Shown in pieces: positions 39,897 to 52,899 of a stretch of DNA of 64,000 bases (position 1 is the first letter of the stretch; the number at the start of each line of letters is the position of its first letter). The notes under the pieces were generated by a model. It searched no databases. It saw only the letters and a list, made by a program, of their open reading frames with translations, and was not told the origin of the DNA. The stretch is taken from contig OZ024740.1 of assembly GCA_964016885.1 (NCBI GenBank), positions 350,920,001 through 350,984,000 on the forward strand. The letters run 5' to 3'. Made by a program: the position numbers and the translations under genes. Source of the stretch: Eledone cirrhosa (Eukaryota).

Positions 39897-42800
39897 TTAC
39901 AGATATATACTCAGAGTAGGCCCATTCACTCGGGCCATTCTTGCTTCTCTCACCCATCTTTCAACAAAATGCTGGGAAGAGAGCACTTCCCTCTCTACTC
40001 TGATTTTCCTTTTCAAATGAAATTTGAAAAAGTCTATCAGAGCATCACCGAAGAGGTAAGTGCTCGTCTTCAGCCCTTTCAAACGTGTCCACCATACTAT
40101 CTCTTTCGCCATGGCCACCAGACAGATAAAAACTGCCTGTCCTTCCAGGCTAAAGGAGGAGGGCGGGGCAATCCTCACGATGGACTCAGATGATAGCTGG
40201 ATCCGTCCTAAACGCGACAGCAGGTGTTCGACATAAACCCACAAGTCAGCAATTTTCGGACACTGGACGAGTGCGTACAGGACGGTTTCGTCGCCCTGCG
40301 CGCATCTCGGACATGCCCGGCTGACGGCACCTCCATGCCTGTAGAGTTTATCCCGAACTGGCAAGGCTCCTCGGTAGCACTGCCAGGCCAGAGATTTCTA
40401 GAAGTTGTCCATAGGCCCCGGCCCGAAAGTTCTTCGGAAGAGATTGGCTAGTTGATTTTCGTCGACGCCTAGAGTTTCCCCAAGTACGTCGTCGCTCTTA
40501 CACTCCACTAATCCTCTATAGAACGCCGAGGTGGAGTTTCCACCGATTACATTGCCCGATTGGTCGAGGGCTGTGAGCGCCTGAAGACATTCCAGTCTCC
40601 AGGCGCTCCCTCTCGGTCTTCGCTTGACCCAGGACTGCAGCTCCGTCAAGGAAACGAGCTGGGGAAATACGCGCCTAGCAAACGGCGACCACACCTGATC
40701 ACCGTCGAGGAAGAGGTGGAGATGTCGTAGCCTGAGCGCGTGCCTGCGCATCATCAGCCACGGCATGCCCAGCCCTCCACGTAGCGGGTGTTGACAACAG
40801 ATGGACCGCCTGACCATCGGAGCACGTCCCTTCCACAAAAAGCGAAAGAGCAAACGCTCCAGCGCAGTCAGGCGAGGCTTAGGACAAGGTACGACGGTCA
40901 GGCGGTAGCAGATGACAGACGCGATGTACGCGTTAGCCACCTCCGCTCGACCTTTCAGGGATAGCTTCCTCTCCGCCCATTTCTGGGTGAGAGAAGCCAC
41001 CCTGCTCGTCACCTCGTCCCAATTTTGTCCGTCTGGAGGTCCGGACCGAACCAGACCCCTAGCAATTTAACCGGTCCGTCCGTCCAGCGTCCGACGACGC
41101 TGTTGGACGGCATGGACCTGCCTCTCCAGGTGCCGAGCTGCAGGCCCACTGACTTTTCCTGGTTGATTATTGCTCCTGTCACCGCTTCGTATTCTCTTAG
41201 TGTAGTGCCGATCGCCTCGATGTGTTTGGCGTTCGACACCACTACGGTGACATCGTCCGCATATGCTGACACGGATCTTCCGCATCCTAGTTCGCGCGGG
41301 ACTCCCCTCAACGTCTCCAGTTTGTGCAGTAATGGCTCGAGAGTCAATACGTACAAGAGGGACGAGAGGGGACATCCTTGGCGGACCGAGCGCATGATGT
41401 TGAACGGTTCCGACAGGTGACCGTTCACTCTCACCACAGAGCAGATGTCGCTGTGCATGGCAGCGATCCAGCCTCTGAAGACGGACCCAAAGCCAGCCGC
41501 CCTCAGGACTGCCGCTAGGTAACGATGGTCGACCCTATCGAAAGCTTTCGACTGATCTAAATTGATCAAGGACCCACCCGTGCCAGGTTCCCTAGCTACC
41601 CTCTCTACGACGTATCGCATGAGGTGGAGGTTGTCGTGGATGGATCTGTCGGGAATGGCGCATGTCTATGCCTCTCCCACCAGACCACCAACGACAAGCG
41701 CCAACCTCTTTGCTAGCACCTTGGCCAAAATCTTAAACTCTGTGTTTAGCAGAGTTATGGGCCGGAAATTTTCTGTTATCCCCCTTGTTCGGATCCTTTC
41801 TCAGCAGTGCCACCGCTCCTCGGCTCACAGAACTGGGAATTCTCCCGTTCTGTTGCCAGTTGCAGTAGACGTCCGCCAAGAGGCCTCCGAACAAGTCTGG
41901 CATCTGTACGTAAAGTTCATAGGGCAGACCATCCAAACCAGGCGATTTACCCCTTGTGCAGCCAGTCATTGCCTCCCTTACTTCAGCGGCTGTTATCGGC
42001 TTTTCGCAACACTTCGCCTCAGTGGCCGAGAGCCGCGGCAGTCCGTCGAGGTAGACACTAAAGTCCATCCCTCTACCCGGCCCACCGCTGCCCCCGAACA
42101 GCTGAGCGAAGTGTCGCTGAAAAGCTTCACACATTTGCCCGGGATCGAGTAGCATGCGCCCGTCGTGGTCCACCAAAGACCGGATCGTGGCTTTGTTGCC
42201 ACGACGCGCCTCCGCCACTCGGGCCCATTGAACGGCTTTCGTCCCCTCGTGTCTGAGAGCACGCACCCTTGCTCTGACAACGCAGCCTTCGTGCTTTGCA
42301 TTGAAGAATTGGTCAAGGGCCAATTTCGCCGCAAGCACGTCGGTCGCAATGCCTTTGCTAAGCGCCTCGTCTAATTTTCTAACTAGTTCTCCCTCTGCTC
42401 TATTTTTCTCTATTGCTAAAGCCTTACTAAACCTAATCGATTCTATTCTAATCGCTCTTTTCAGAGCAAACCACCACTTGTTGTTGACGATGGCCCCCGT
42501 CAACGCCCGCTTAACTAGTTCGCTAATCCGGTCTCTGTAGGCCTTGCGCGCTGGTAAGGACGCGTTTAGCTTCCAGTAGCCGGGTCCTCGTCTATGAAGC
42601 CTATCTAAGTCAAGCACACAGGTCACGAATTTGTGGTCCGTGTAGCTAACTATCTTGAATTGTGGACAGCCTATGCTAGACCTATCTATTTCCCTACAAA
42701 ATACTCTATCTAGATATGATCTGGATGACCCTATGCGGTTTGTCCAAGTCCACATTGGCACATTCGGGAAATCCAATCGGTACCTGTCAGACAGTTCAAA

Positions 42801-43313
42801 ACGCCTGAGCAGTTTGGTGAGGCTCTTGCACCCTCCACCCCTATCCGCTAATCCCACACATTCCCAGCGTGCATCTAAGATCCCGTTCCAGTCGCCCACT
42901 AACACTAAAGAGCGAGACGTTCCAAGAGAGGTCTCCAGACGCCGGAAGAAATCAGGCCGCCCTGCTCCTGTCGGGGCATAGACGGCCACTAGCCTGAAAG
43001 CTTGCCCGTCTCCGCTGGTCACGTCCAGCACCACCAGCTTACCCTCTGGGTCCAGGAAGATGGTCCGTATGGCGAGATCCAAACCTCTCCGAAAAAGCAC
43101 AGCAACTCCTCCACCCGATCCAGGACGGCTGGGAGATGCGTACACATCGTAGCCGCCGAAGATCGGTGCGAAGGCCCGTGCTTCGGAGATTCTGGTCTCG
43201 CTGATGGTCACTACATCTATGTTTAGTGACCTGAGGTCGTTGAGCAGGTGACCCTGCTTCCATGACGACCCCAAGCCACGCGCATTTATGCTGCCTATTC
43301 TGAGTGAGGTCAT
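39897..43313 (-). pseudogene. Tx1 ORF2 (APE endonuclease, RT, C-terminal zinc finger)
   Basis: ORF pieces 41733-43313, 41009-41620, 40398-41012 and 39897-40364 join with only two small frameshifts (near 41770 and 41020) and one stop (40398). Confidence 0.93.
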
Positions 43314-43348
43314 GTTTAAAATAGAGTGGAAAAGATGGGAAAGACCAC

Positions 43349-44887
43349 TTACCGTACTTTTGGTAGAGGAGGGATGGTTTTTACATCCCTTTTCACTTGA
43401 TCGTCTGGTGAAGGGACCGTTGAATCGTCCCTTCGGCTGGTCGTCGGCTCTTCTAAGAGAATGTCTGAATATACTCTTCGATTGATGGTTCCTCCTAGGT
43501 CCCTGAAATCACCAACTGCTTTGGGGAATTTCGTTTTAATGTTTGTGTATTGTTTCTGTGCTATTTTTAGCAGTCTTATGTTAGTTGGCGTTTTGATTGG
43601 TGCTGGTATTATGTAGTCCTGTTGTGAAATGTCTGTGTGTTCAATTATGTAAGTCATTAGTTTCTTGTTGTGTGTGTTTATTGGCGTGCATTTGTTTTTC
43701 TGGGGGTGGGGTGTGGTTCTGCTATTTTCTTGTCGTTGTTGCTGGGTGTGTGTGTTTTGTTGTTGTGTTTGCGATGTTGGTGCTTGTGGTGGTGGTGTTG
43801 AAGGTGTTGTTGGCGGTGGGGTTGTCGCCGGTGGTGATGGTGGTGCTGGTGTGGGTGGTGATGGTGTTGGTGGTGTTGCTGCTGTGGGTCTCTTTGCAGT
43901 AGACTTTACCCTTTTCTCATTTCTTTCCTCCCTTTTCAAAGGCGACGATGCGCTTCTTCTGCGTTTGTGCCTTCTTGCGACCTTTTGCCATCCCTCTCCC
44001 ACCTCACACTCCATGTCTGATTCTGTGAGGTCGGGGAGGGGTACCAGCTCCACTCTTTCACTTGTTGTTGTTGGTGATGTTTGCACTGGAGTCTCTGTTG
44101 CAGCTGCATTTGGTATTGCTGTTGTTGTTGTTAATATTTCCACTGCTGCTGCTGTTTTTGATTTCCGTGGAGTGGGTATGGGTGCCACGGACCTATCGTT
44201 CCTGGTTGCCGCTTGTCCTGTTGCTGGTAGCCGTGGAGCCGGATTCGGAAGGAGGGGGGTTTTCTCCTTTCTCAGGGTCTTCTCGTTGCAGAAGGCCCTG
44301 AGGTGAGTCTTCGATCCACAGCGAAAGCATTTCGGGCGTTTGCCCTCAACACTTATGGGCAGTTGAGTGCCGTTATCGAAGTCTATCACATCCGGGATAG
44401 CTTCGATGCACTCCTGGTTGGTTTGGATTAGCATCTCAATGGAGGAGCCGAACCAATCTTCTCTTACTTTTTTCTGTACTTGCAGTACAGTTGTTTTGTC
44501 CTCGATTCCGACGAGGACAGACGCGGCCAGCCAAGAAGGGTTCATTCCGGGGGGGACGTGGGTTAGTTTGACCCTCACAATTTTTTGCCCGCAGTAGGAG
44601 GGCACCAACACCATTTCCTCGCTCCTTAGAGTCACTACTGATTGGGCCTTTGCCTCCTGGGGTGTAGCAAAAAGTACGTCTACGGTGGCATATTTTTTGC
44701 CTCGGGTGATGTGCGTTTTCCGCTGCCACACAGACCCCAAGGCTTTTTGTATTTGGGCCTCTGTGGCTCTTTCAACCCTACCTGGTTTTGTGCTTACTGT
44801 ACGGTACGTGACCGTACAGTGCTGTTGGGTTTCGAAAAATGTTTCGGCTGCCTTGCAGATTGCTCGGTGTCCAGTTTTCGTCACCAT
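43349..44887 (-). CDS. Tx1 ORF1 protein (CCHC knuckle, Pro/Thr-rich tail)
   Basis: 512-aa ORF immediately upstream of ORF2 with CFRCGSKTHLRAFC; the true start codon is uncertain. Confidence 0.85.
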   Translation of the reverse strand: MVTKTGHRAICKAAETFFETQQHCTVTYRTVSTKPGRVERATEAQIQKALGSVWQRKTHITRGKKYATVDVLFATPQEAKAQSVVTLRSEEMVLVPSYCGQKIVRVKLTHVPPGMNPSWLAASVLVGIEDKTTVLQVQKKVREDWFGSSIEMLIQTNQECIEAIPDVIDFDNGTQLPISVEGKRPKCFRCGSKTHLRAFCNEKTLRKEKTPLLPNPAPRLPATGQAATRNDRSVAPIPTPRKSKTAAAVEILTTTTAIPNAAATETPVQTSPTTTSERVELVPLPDLTESDMECEVGEGWQKVARRHKRRRSASSPLKREERNEKRVKSTAKRPTAATPPTPSPPTPAPPSPPATTPPPTTPSTPPPQAPTSQTQQQNTHTQQQRQENSRTTPHPQKNKCTPINTHNKKLMTYIIEHTDISQQDYIIPAPIKTPTNIRLLKIAQKQYTNIKTKFPKAVGDFRDLGGTINRRVYSDILLEEPTTSRRDDSTVPSPDDQVKRDVKTIPPLPKVR

Positions 44888-45085
44888 CTTCTTTGCTTCC
44901 TGTAATTCCTCATTTGTTATAAGGATGGTTTCCAGGTTCTTTGCGATACCTGCAAACTAGATTGGTTTTTCTTTCTTCTTGTTGTTGTTGTTGTTGTTGT
45001 CGTCAGAGCTGCTGTTACTTTTGTTATTGCTGCTGGTACTATTTATGGCCGCCGCCGTTGTTGCTGTGGTTGTTGTTGCTGTTGT

Positions 45086-45119
<34 letters not shown>

Positions 45120-45712
45120 TATGCTGCTGCTGATGTTGTTGCGGCTGCTACTAGTATTTTCCTTGTCACTGTTGCTGCTGCTGCTGTTATTACGGCTGCT
45201 GCTGCTATTCTTCATGACGTCAGACGAATGAAATGGCCTTCCGTATTTATCGCACACATTTTTCGTCGTTGTATTCGTCGTTGAGAAATGTTCCACGGTA
45301 TGCACGTTCTCTTGGTGAAAGCTACCAGAAACTATATTTTTTCTTTTTCTTTACTGGCGTCGCTTGCGAAAGAGGCGACACCACATTTAGAGAAGGGAGG
45401 GAGAGAGACAATCTTCTCTCTGATGTAATGACGTTTGAGGAAGAAGAAGACGGAACGAGTGGGGGTGACTTGTGAAAATCTTTTTTTTGTAGCCATGTTT
45501 TTTTTCGGTTTAAAATGAATATTGGGCATAAAACCCCATTAAGCGGTTATTTAACCCCGAAGGGCCAAATAACGGGCAGAAAGAACCCTCTCACGAGGAG
45601 GAGGATGTTTTTAATCTACAATTTGGTTCAAGTTTTAAACAATTTACAATTGTTATAACGGTTAAAAATGACTATACCTTACAGAGCCGAGTCTCCGTCA
45701 ACCAAGGTATTC

Positions 45713-45771
<59 letters not shown>

Positions 45772-45772
<1 letters not shown>

Positions 45773-47130
45773 GGGATCCAGATACCAACAGGTGAGATGA
45801 TAAAGGAAATTGACTCTGAGGAAGGATACAAGTATTTGGGCGTTCTGGAGGCTGATGGCATAAAGAACAAAAAAATGAAGGAATTGTTAAGAACTGAATA
45901 CATTCGGAGAATAAGGAGCGTATTGAAGTCACATCTGAACAGCAGAAATGCCATAAGCGCAGTAAATTCCCGAGCTGTGTCTATTATTAGGTACAGTGCG
46001 GGAATTCTGAGATGGAATGTTGCTGAACAAAAAGAAATGGATAGGAAGACTAGGAAGCTATTGACTATCTACAACATGTTCCACAAGAGGAGTGATGTCG
46101 ATAGACTCTACCTAAGGAGATCTGAGGGTGGACGAGATCTTATCAGCATAGAGGACTGTGTTCAGATGGAGAAAAACAACCTGTACAAATACGTGACCTA
46201 TAGTAAGGAGCCAATGCTCAGAACTGTACTGAAGGAGGGGACAGTAGGCCAGGGGATGTCCAAGGAGTAAATAACATCAAGGAGGAAGAGCAGCCTTAAG
46301 GGAAAATCCCTTCATAGTACCTTCTTTGAGAAAACTGAATTTAGAGATCCACAGACATGGAACTGGTTGAGAAGAGGAGACCTCAAAAAGGCTACAGAAG
46401 GAATGCTAATGGCTGCGCAGGAGCAGGCCCTCAAACGAAGTGGTTGAAGCACCATATTTACAAGGAGGAGGCTAGCCCACTGTGCAGGATCTGTGGAGAG
46501 AGAGAGGAGACTGTGGCTCACATTGTGTCCGAGTGTAAACACCTAGCCCAGACCCACTATAAGGGCTGGAGACACGATGTGATGGGCAGGGTGATCCACT
46601 GGCACCTGTGCAAAGTAAACAATTTACCACATTCTGAGAAATGGTATGAGCATAGGCCAGAGGCGGTGATGGAGAACAATCAGGTGAAGGTGCTGTGGGA
46701 TTTTAGGATACAGACGGACAAAAAACTGGAACACAATAGACCTGACCTGGTGGTTGTGGACAAAGAAAAAAGATCGTGTCTGATTGTGGATGTGGCCTGC
46801 CCTTTCGACACGAGAGTGCAAGAGAAGGAGAGGGAGAAAATTAACCGATACCAGGACCTAAAGTGGGAGGTGAAAAGGATTTGGAACTGCCATGAAGTCA
46901 AAGTGATCCCGATTGTCATAGGCGCACTGGGGACTATCTCCAAAAGTTTCCAGGGATGGTTAAAGAAAATCGGCCCCTTCACGCTTTTTGGAACGCTTCA
47001 AAAGGCATGCTTGCTGGGAACAGCAAGAACCCTCCGATACGTCCTGAATATCTGAGGCTGCAGGTAGTGGCTTGATATTCATTCCAACGGACTTTCCAGT
47101 TAACCAACATCAATGACTGAGATTCAAGGA
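45772..47130 (+). mobile_element. R4/Dong-clade LINE, 5'-truncated, in (TAA)n
   Basis: YKYLGVLE, SDVDRLYLRRSEGGR, CRICG..HIVSEC..RHD, HNRPDLVVVD..VDVACP and IPIVIGALG. Confidence 0.93.
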
Positions 47131-47138
47131 ATAACAAC

Positions 47139-47183
<45 letters not shown>

Positions 47184-47186
<3 letters not shown>

Positions 47187-48731
47187 CAGGAACAAACCTA
47201 TAAATACTTAGGGATTAATGAGGGCTCTAGCATACAGCATGCAAGTATGAAAGAGAGGATAAGGAAAATGTTACAGGAGAGTACGTGCAGTTCTGAGATC
47301 AGAACTAAACGCTGGTAACAAGGTGCTAGCCATAAATTCCTTGGCAGTCCCAGTTGTCACTTATAGCTTCGGTGTGTTGAACTGGAATGAGTGAAATGAA
47401 AAGAATCGACACCAAAGACCGTAAGCTACTGACCTGTAATAGGATGCACCACCCAAAAGCAGATGTGGATCGTCTTTACCTTCCTAGAACTCAAGGAGGC
47501 CGTGGCCTGATCCAATTTGAACTTGCTTACAAGACCACCATCATTGGACTGGCCAAATACCTTGTAACAACTAACGACTGAACGCTGAAACTTGTTGAAA
47601 AGCATGAGAGAAGTAAGAAGCTTCATTTTATTTTGAAGGAGAGCAAAGAATATACTACTGATCTCATGCTTGATACCCAGGCTGGACATACTAAAAAAAC
47701 TGTTGCAACTGATGCTGTTAGGCACATAAAATCACTGGCAAAAGCAAAAGGACAAGGACAATTAGCATCAAATTGGGAGCAGGAACCTCTGCATGGCAAA
47801 TATGTGGCCCGTAGCAACCAAACTGATGTTGACCAAAAGCACGCCCATCAGTGGCTACGTATTTCAGGGCTAAAGGCGGAGAGTGGAGGCTTCATCTTAG
47901 CTGCCCAAGATCAAAGCTTATTGATTCGTAATTACCAGGCCAATGTGATGAGAAACGAAATAAACCCAAAGTGCCGATTCTGCAATGCTGGGGTTGAAAC
48001 AGAGGATCACTTAGTCTCTGGATGTAAAGTTTTAGCACCAGTAGAATACAATTATAGACATGACAGAGTTGGCCAATATCTACACTGGGTAATATGTCGG
48101 CATTACAAAATCAAAGCTCAAGACAAGTGGTACAATCATCACCCTGAGGCTGTAACTGAAGCAGAAAAAGTAACAATTATCTGGGACTTTCCTGTACATA
48201 CTGACAGGACCATAAAAGCAAATAGACCTGACATCATTGTAAAAGATCAACATAACAAGGTCTGTTTATTGATAGATATGAGCATCCCATGTGATGACAA
48301 TATCGCGGCAAAAGAATTTGACAAGCTACGAAAATATAAATATCTGCTTATTGAAATTTAGAAAATGCAGCACCTCAAGGCCGTTACAATACCAGTGATT
48401 GTGGGAGGACTGGGAATGATCAAGAAAGGAACAGAACAATATTTGCGAATGATTCCTGGTTTACCCTCTCTGCACGAGGTGCAAAAAATTGTTTTGACTG
48501 GTACTGCACACGTATTGAGAAGAGCACTATCTCTGTAAGATTGATATCCCTCCTTGTATTTACATATGCATATGTGTATATATGTATACTGTTTTTGTTT
48601 TTTTTATTATTATTATAATCAATGTGCTGTATTAACTGGCTTACCAATGCACACTATGAATTTATTTGCCCTAGGTGCCAGGAAGACACTCGGCATATGT
48701 CTCAGAAACAATAACGAAAGAAAATAAAAAC
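47184..48731 (+). mobile_element. Second R4/Dong family, 5'-truncated, in (TAA)n
   Basis: YKYLGINE, ADVDRLYLPRTQGGRGL, AAQDQ, CRFC..HLVSGC..RHD and ANRPDIIVKD..IDMSIP. Confidence 0.92.
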
Positions 48732-48754
48732 AATAATAATAATAATAATAATGG

Positions 48755-48812
<58 letters not shown>

Positions 48813-49094
48813 ATTGATGATTGAAATCTGATCGAATAGAACAACTTTAAGCACAAAAAAAAAATCGTTGATAAAAACGTCATTTGTCCGTTTGCTGAAC
48901 CAAAACTAGGTCAAAGTATATTAATGAGCGTTAATAGGATTTTATACCGTAGTGTTCGAAGAGACACGGCATAAAAGTTAATAGCATCAAATAATACCGC
49001 AGGCATCATTTAGTAAACAGAACACACACACGCACACAGAAGTGTGACAGAAGCCTGATATTCACGACAAGATTAAATAATGATTCATAACATA

Positions 49095-49500
49095 AGCACG
49101 AAGTCAAACATTTTGGAGGCGGAATAAAGTCGATTAAATCCAACCAGTACTTGAATAGTATTTATTTTTGAAGTCATAGAAAGATCAAAGGCAAAATAGA
49201 CCTTGGTTGGTTTCAAACTGAAAATGTAATGAGACACAGAAAATCCGTCCGATCCTCAACCTATCTACTTTAAGGGTAATATAAATAATGATTTCTTTAT
49301 ATATATTTCTATAAATAATTGTTTCTGCTTTTGGCACAAGGCCAGCAATTAGCCCAGTGTATTACTGGTGCTTTATTTTATCGACCCCGTAAGGATGAAA
49401 GGCAAAGTTAACCTCGGCGAGATTTGAATTCAGTCCGTAAAGGGACGTAACTTTGCTGCAAAGCATGGCGTCCGACCCTCTACCGATACTGCCAATCCAT
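49095..49500 (-). mobile_element. Two family A SINEs (diverged about 49095-49250; younger 49315-49500)
   Basis: Core TTTTATCGACCCCGTAAGGATGAAAGGCAAAGTTAACCTCGGCG. Confidence 0.8.
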
Positions 49501-50599
49501 AATGAAAGAATAAAGAATGAGGGATAACAACAATCGATGCCTGTTTACTTTATTAAACAATGATTCTTTGACCTCTAAGCCTAATTATAAGATCCTGACA
49601 CCGGTTATGAAATTGATGACTACCCGAGATTTCAGATATCTAGATGTTGTTATAGTTGGCGTCTATACAGTTACACACTATTAGGTGGGTTGTCATTTGA
49701 AGCTAGAACATCGTTTACTAGTATTTCCAAAAGAATGTACCGCCATACTACCTCCCAAAACAGCTTTAGATGAATACAGTTGCGTAGCTAGGGGACCGAT
49801 TCACCTATGTGAAACATTGTGGTGTGGGAACTTATGGTCTACTACATTGTGTGTTTGTTGAGGGACGAAACTAGACGATTACGCCTGATTGTCACAAACC
49901 CTGACTGCAACACTTGATGAATTTCTTCATCCAGAAAGTGGAGAATATAAAGTGAATTTAGTGGAAAATCTCGCAGAAGAAAGCGTAGTACTGAAATACG
50001 AACAAACTAAACATTCGGGAAAATTGTGTAGTGAGGTAATTCCAGAGATCCATTGGCCTGTGGCGGAAGAGATGGGCATATTCATAAATTTGGGGCCTAA
50101 ACTGTTGATTCAGTATAATTAGCGAGAAGAATAAAGACGGGTGAGTGGGGAGTGTCTGAATAACGGTGGCAATACACCACTAGTTTCGATAAGTACAGGC
50201 TACTGTAACAATTGTACTGCTTTATATGCATGCGGTCTAGATGTGTGTGTGCGCGTGTGTGTGTGTGTGTGTGTGTGCGTGTGTGTGTGTGCGTGTGTGT
50301 CTGTGTGTGGCTACACTATAGTCCAAGACATAGATGCAGTACTTCATCGTTGGTCTCACGAGACAGTTGTTAGGGATGAAGAATAGTGTTACTTTAAAAA
50401 GAAAGGTCTGTTTTTGTGTTACAGTCTTTGTTAAGATGTAGATATGCATTCACCAGGGCAAATGATCCCTAAAGCTCACGTCTAGCATTTAAAGTGACAT
50501 TAAGACTTCTAAATCCCTATTGTTAATGATTATGTGAGGTGGAAAAATGTTTTCTTATATGTGTAATAAAGGTAACTTGAGGGAAACAAGATTGGCATG

Positions 50600-51080
50600 A
50601 TCCCATTTTCGAGATATTTGTTTATGGAGTCAGTGTAGATTTGGCTCTGGATTGCATGTACATTATATTTGAGGGCGGATTTGTAGAGCGGAGTGAAGCG
50701 TGTATACTTTGGGTAAGAATGTGCTTTGCTGGAGATGGCGGCACGTAGACGAAGAAGAATATAAGGGAGAGAACTGAACCCTGAGGTATACCAGAGTTGA
50801 TAGTGTGTGAGTCAGAGAGAACGTCATAAGCGCTCGCCAAAATAGTATATCCAATAGATAAGAGATGGATAGAATATGGATAGTTTTGCCAGAAATTCCA
50901 CGTGCGGAACACGGAAGTGTGGTTGGCTCATATCGATTAAAGCAACCCTGTTTTCACTAAATTGTTCAAAAGGGAAAGCCCATTGTGGAGTCATTAACAA
51001 GGCGGAAAATGTATGACGTTGGTGAAAGTTGTTAAAGGCTCTCCATCCTCGATGATATGCTGGAAACGAGTGCTATAGAG
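50600..51080 (-). pseudogene. Degraded CR1/Jockey-like RT fragment
   Basis: SDSHTINSGIPQGSVLS motif and upstream RVALIDMS. Confidence 0.6.
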
Positions 51081-52359
51081 CAGTAGTCAACAGGATCAAT
51101 GGGGTTAACATTCGTGGGAATGGAACATCAGCAGGTCTATCTACGTCTTCTGTTACGATAAAATCATGATAGACGGTCTTACACCATACGACAAATTGTG
51201 TTTAATGAGATGATGCAAAACGACCAATGTATAAACTATGTTGTACATATACTAAGCAGCAGACGAAGAAAGGAAAGATTATCTGATTTAACGCGAACGT
51301 TAGATTAAATGTACCATACAACAGATCAACATCGAATTCTTTTAATAAGAACAATATGACGGTAAGCTATATTTGGATGCACCATAAATAAGCAAAATAC
51401 AACAGTAATGATAAACATCACTAACAACAAAACTAGAGAACATCAACAATACATCATCCTATCCAAAGAATGTTAACTTCTCAAATCAAAAACCCGTAAA
51501 CAGATGACAACAAAAGATGATTATATAATATCAACAAGCGAATCTTTTAAAACAAGGTACATGTGTACTCAAGTATTTGAAGATAAAATAACATAATGTA
51601 ATTGTCCCAACATATTTAGAATTGTTAGGAAAAATAGCATCAACAAAATAATATACTGATATTTAAAAGAAACTGTTTTTTGTGCAATACAGACAAATCT
51701 AATATCATTAGGAAACAAATCAAAGCTCGAGAAAAAAGCAATATATACTGTTTAAATATAGAAATAAATTGTTGCTAAAGATTGTTTTCTAATCACAAGA
51801 AGGATGACAACCTAAACAGACCTTATATCAGAATCCAGCAGTAACAACGACAGTGGCAGCAGCAGAGACCGAACAACCAAAATCTACTGCCAGAAACTAA
51901 TCACAAAATAAGCAATAACATGCAATCAGGATACTTGCGTCTATTAGAGTCGAGCAAATTGTATTTCACATTCATTTGCCTGGTGGGTTAAATTTATCAA
52001 ATCTATTAACATCAAGTTCGTCTGAGATAATGAATAAGTATAGCGAAGCCATTCATGGCAAACAAATGTCTTAGATACACTCCTTAATTCATTAAAATTA
52101 ATTTTGTCCAATCTTTCAAAGAAACAACTCAAACATTCCACAAGACCTAGCCTCTCCGGGGGAAAATATACGAAACCTTTCTATGAATCGCTAGGAGCGA
52201 AAGCATCAAAACCATTCAGATTAATTTGTCCTTACACAACTGCAACAGCAGAAACAACCTGCACATTAATAGACATGTTCATATCCATGCTTTCTCAATG
52301 TTATCGAAAATTAGAAACGAATCCCGCCATTGAGACAAATAGGAGATAAATTAAGCTGC

Positions 52360-52505
52360 GTTATTGGTACTTTATTTTATCGATCCCGTAAAGATGACAG
52401 GCAAAGCTAAGCTCTGCGGGATTTGAACTCAGACCGTAAAGGGCCGTAACTATATACCGCAAAGCGTTTTGTCCAACGCTCTACCGATACTGCCAATCCA
52501 CCGCT
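52360..52505 (-). mobile_element. Family A SINE
   Basis: Core plus TACCGATACTGCCAATCCACCGC head. Confidence 0.8.
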
Positions 52506-52899
52506 CTCTGTGATTTGAATAATAAATACACAACTCAATCACAGATACTTTGTGTGGAGGGCTTTCTGCTTGCCCAAGGCTTTTCAAAATGCGATTGACT
52601 ATTTTAAATTAAGAGGGTTACTGTGTCTACTGAGGTGTATTGAGTTTTCTCTCTCGACAAGTAACCGTCTCTTACTTTATCAAAGAACTATTTTTTGTGA
52701 GCTATGATTGTTTACTTTTAAAGCTATTAGAAATCAGATTGTCGGGTTTGAATGTTTGAAAAGACTCTTGAAATCGGTTCCGGTTCGGATTAAGGATTTA
52801 CTAAAGGGAGATTGGGTTCCCTTCAAGACGTTTACTTACCATCTTGAATATTTGGATAGCAAACTCATCATCATTGACGTGCGCTGACATATTGGTATC

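Larger units (their letters stand above)
39636..45712 (-). mobile_element. Full-length Tx1-clade LINE flanked by (TAA)n
   Basis: 5' UTR, ORF1, ORF2 and 3' UTR ending AATAAAGAAATC-(ATT)n; (AAT)n on both sides. Confidence 0.95.

Noticed and set aside
49889-50122. 77-aa ORF
   Set aside because: No recognisable motif, non-ATG start and no clear splice context.
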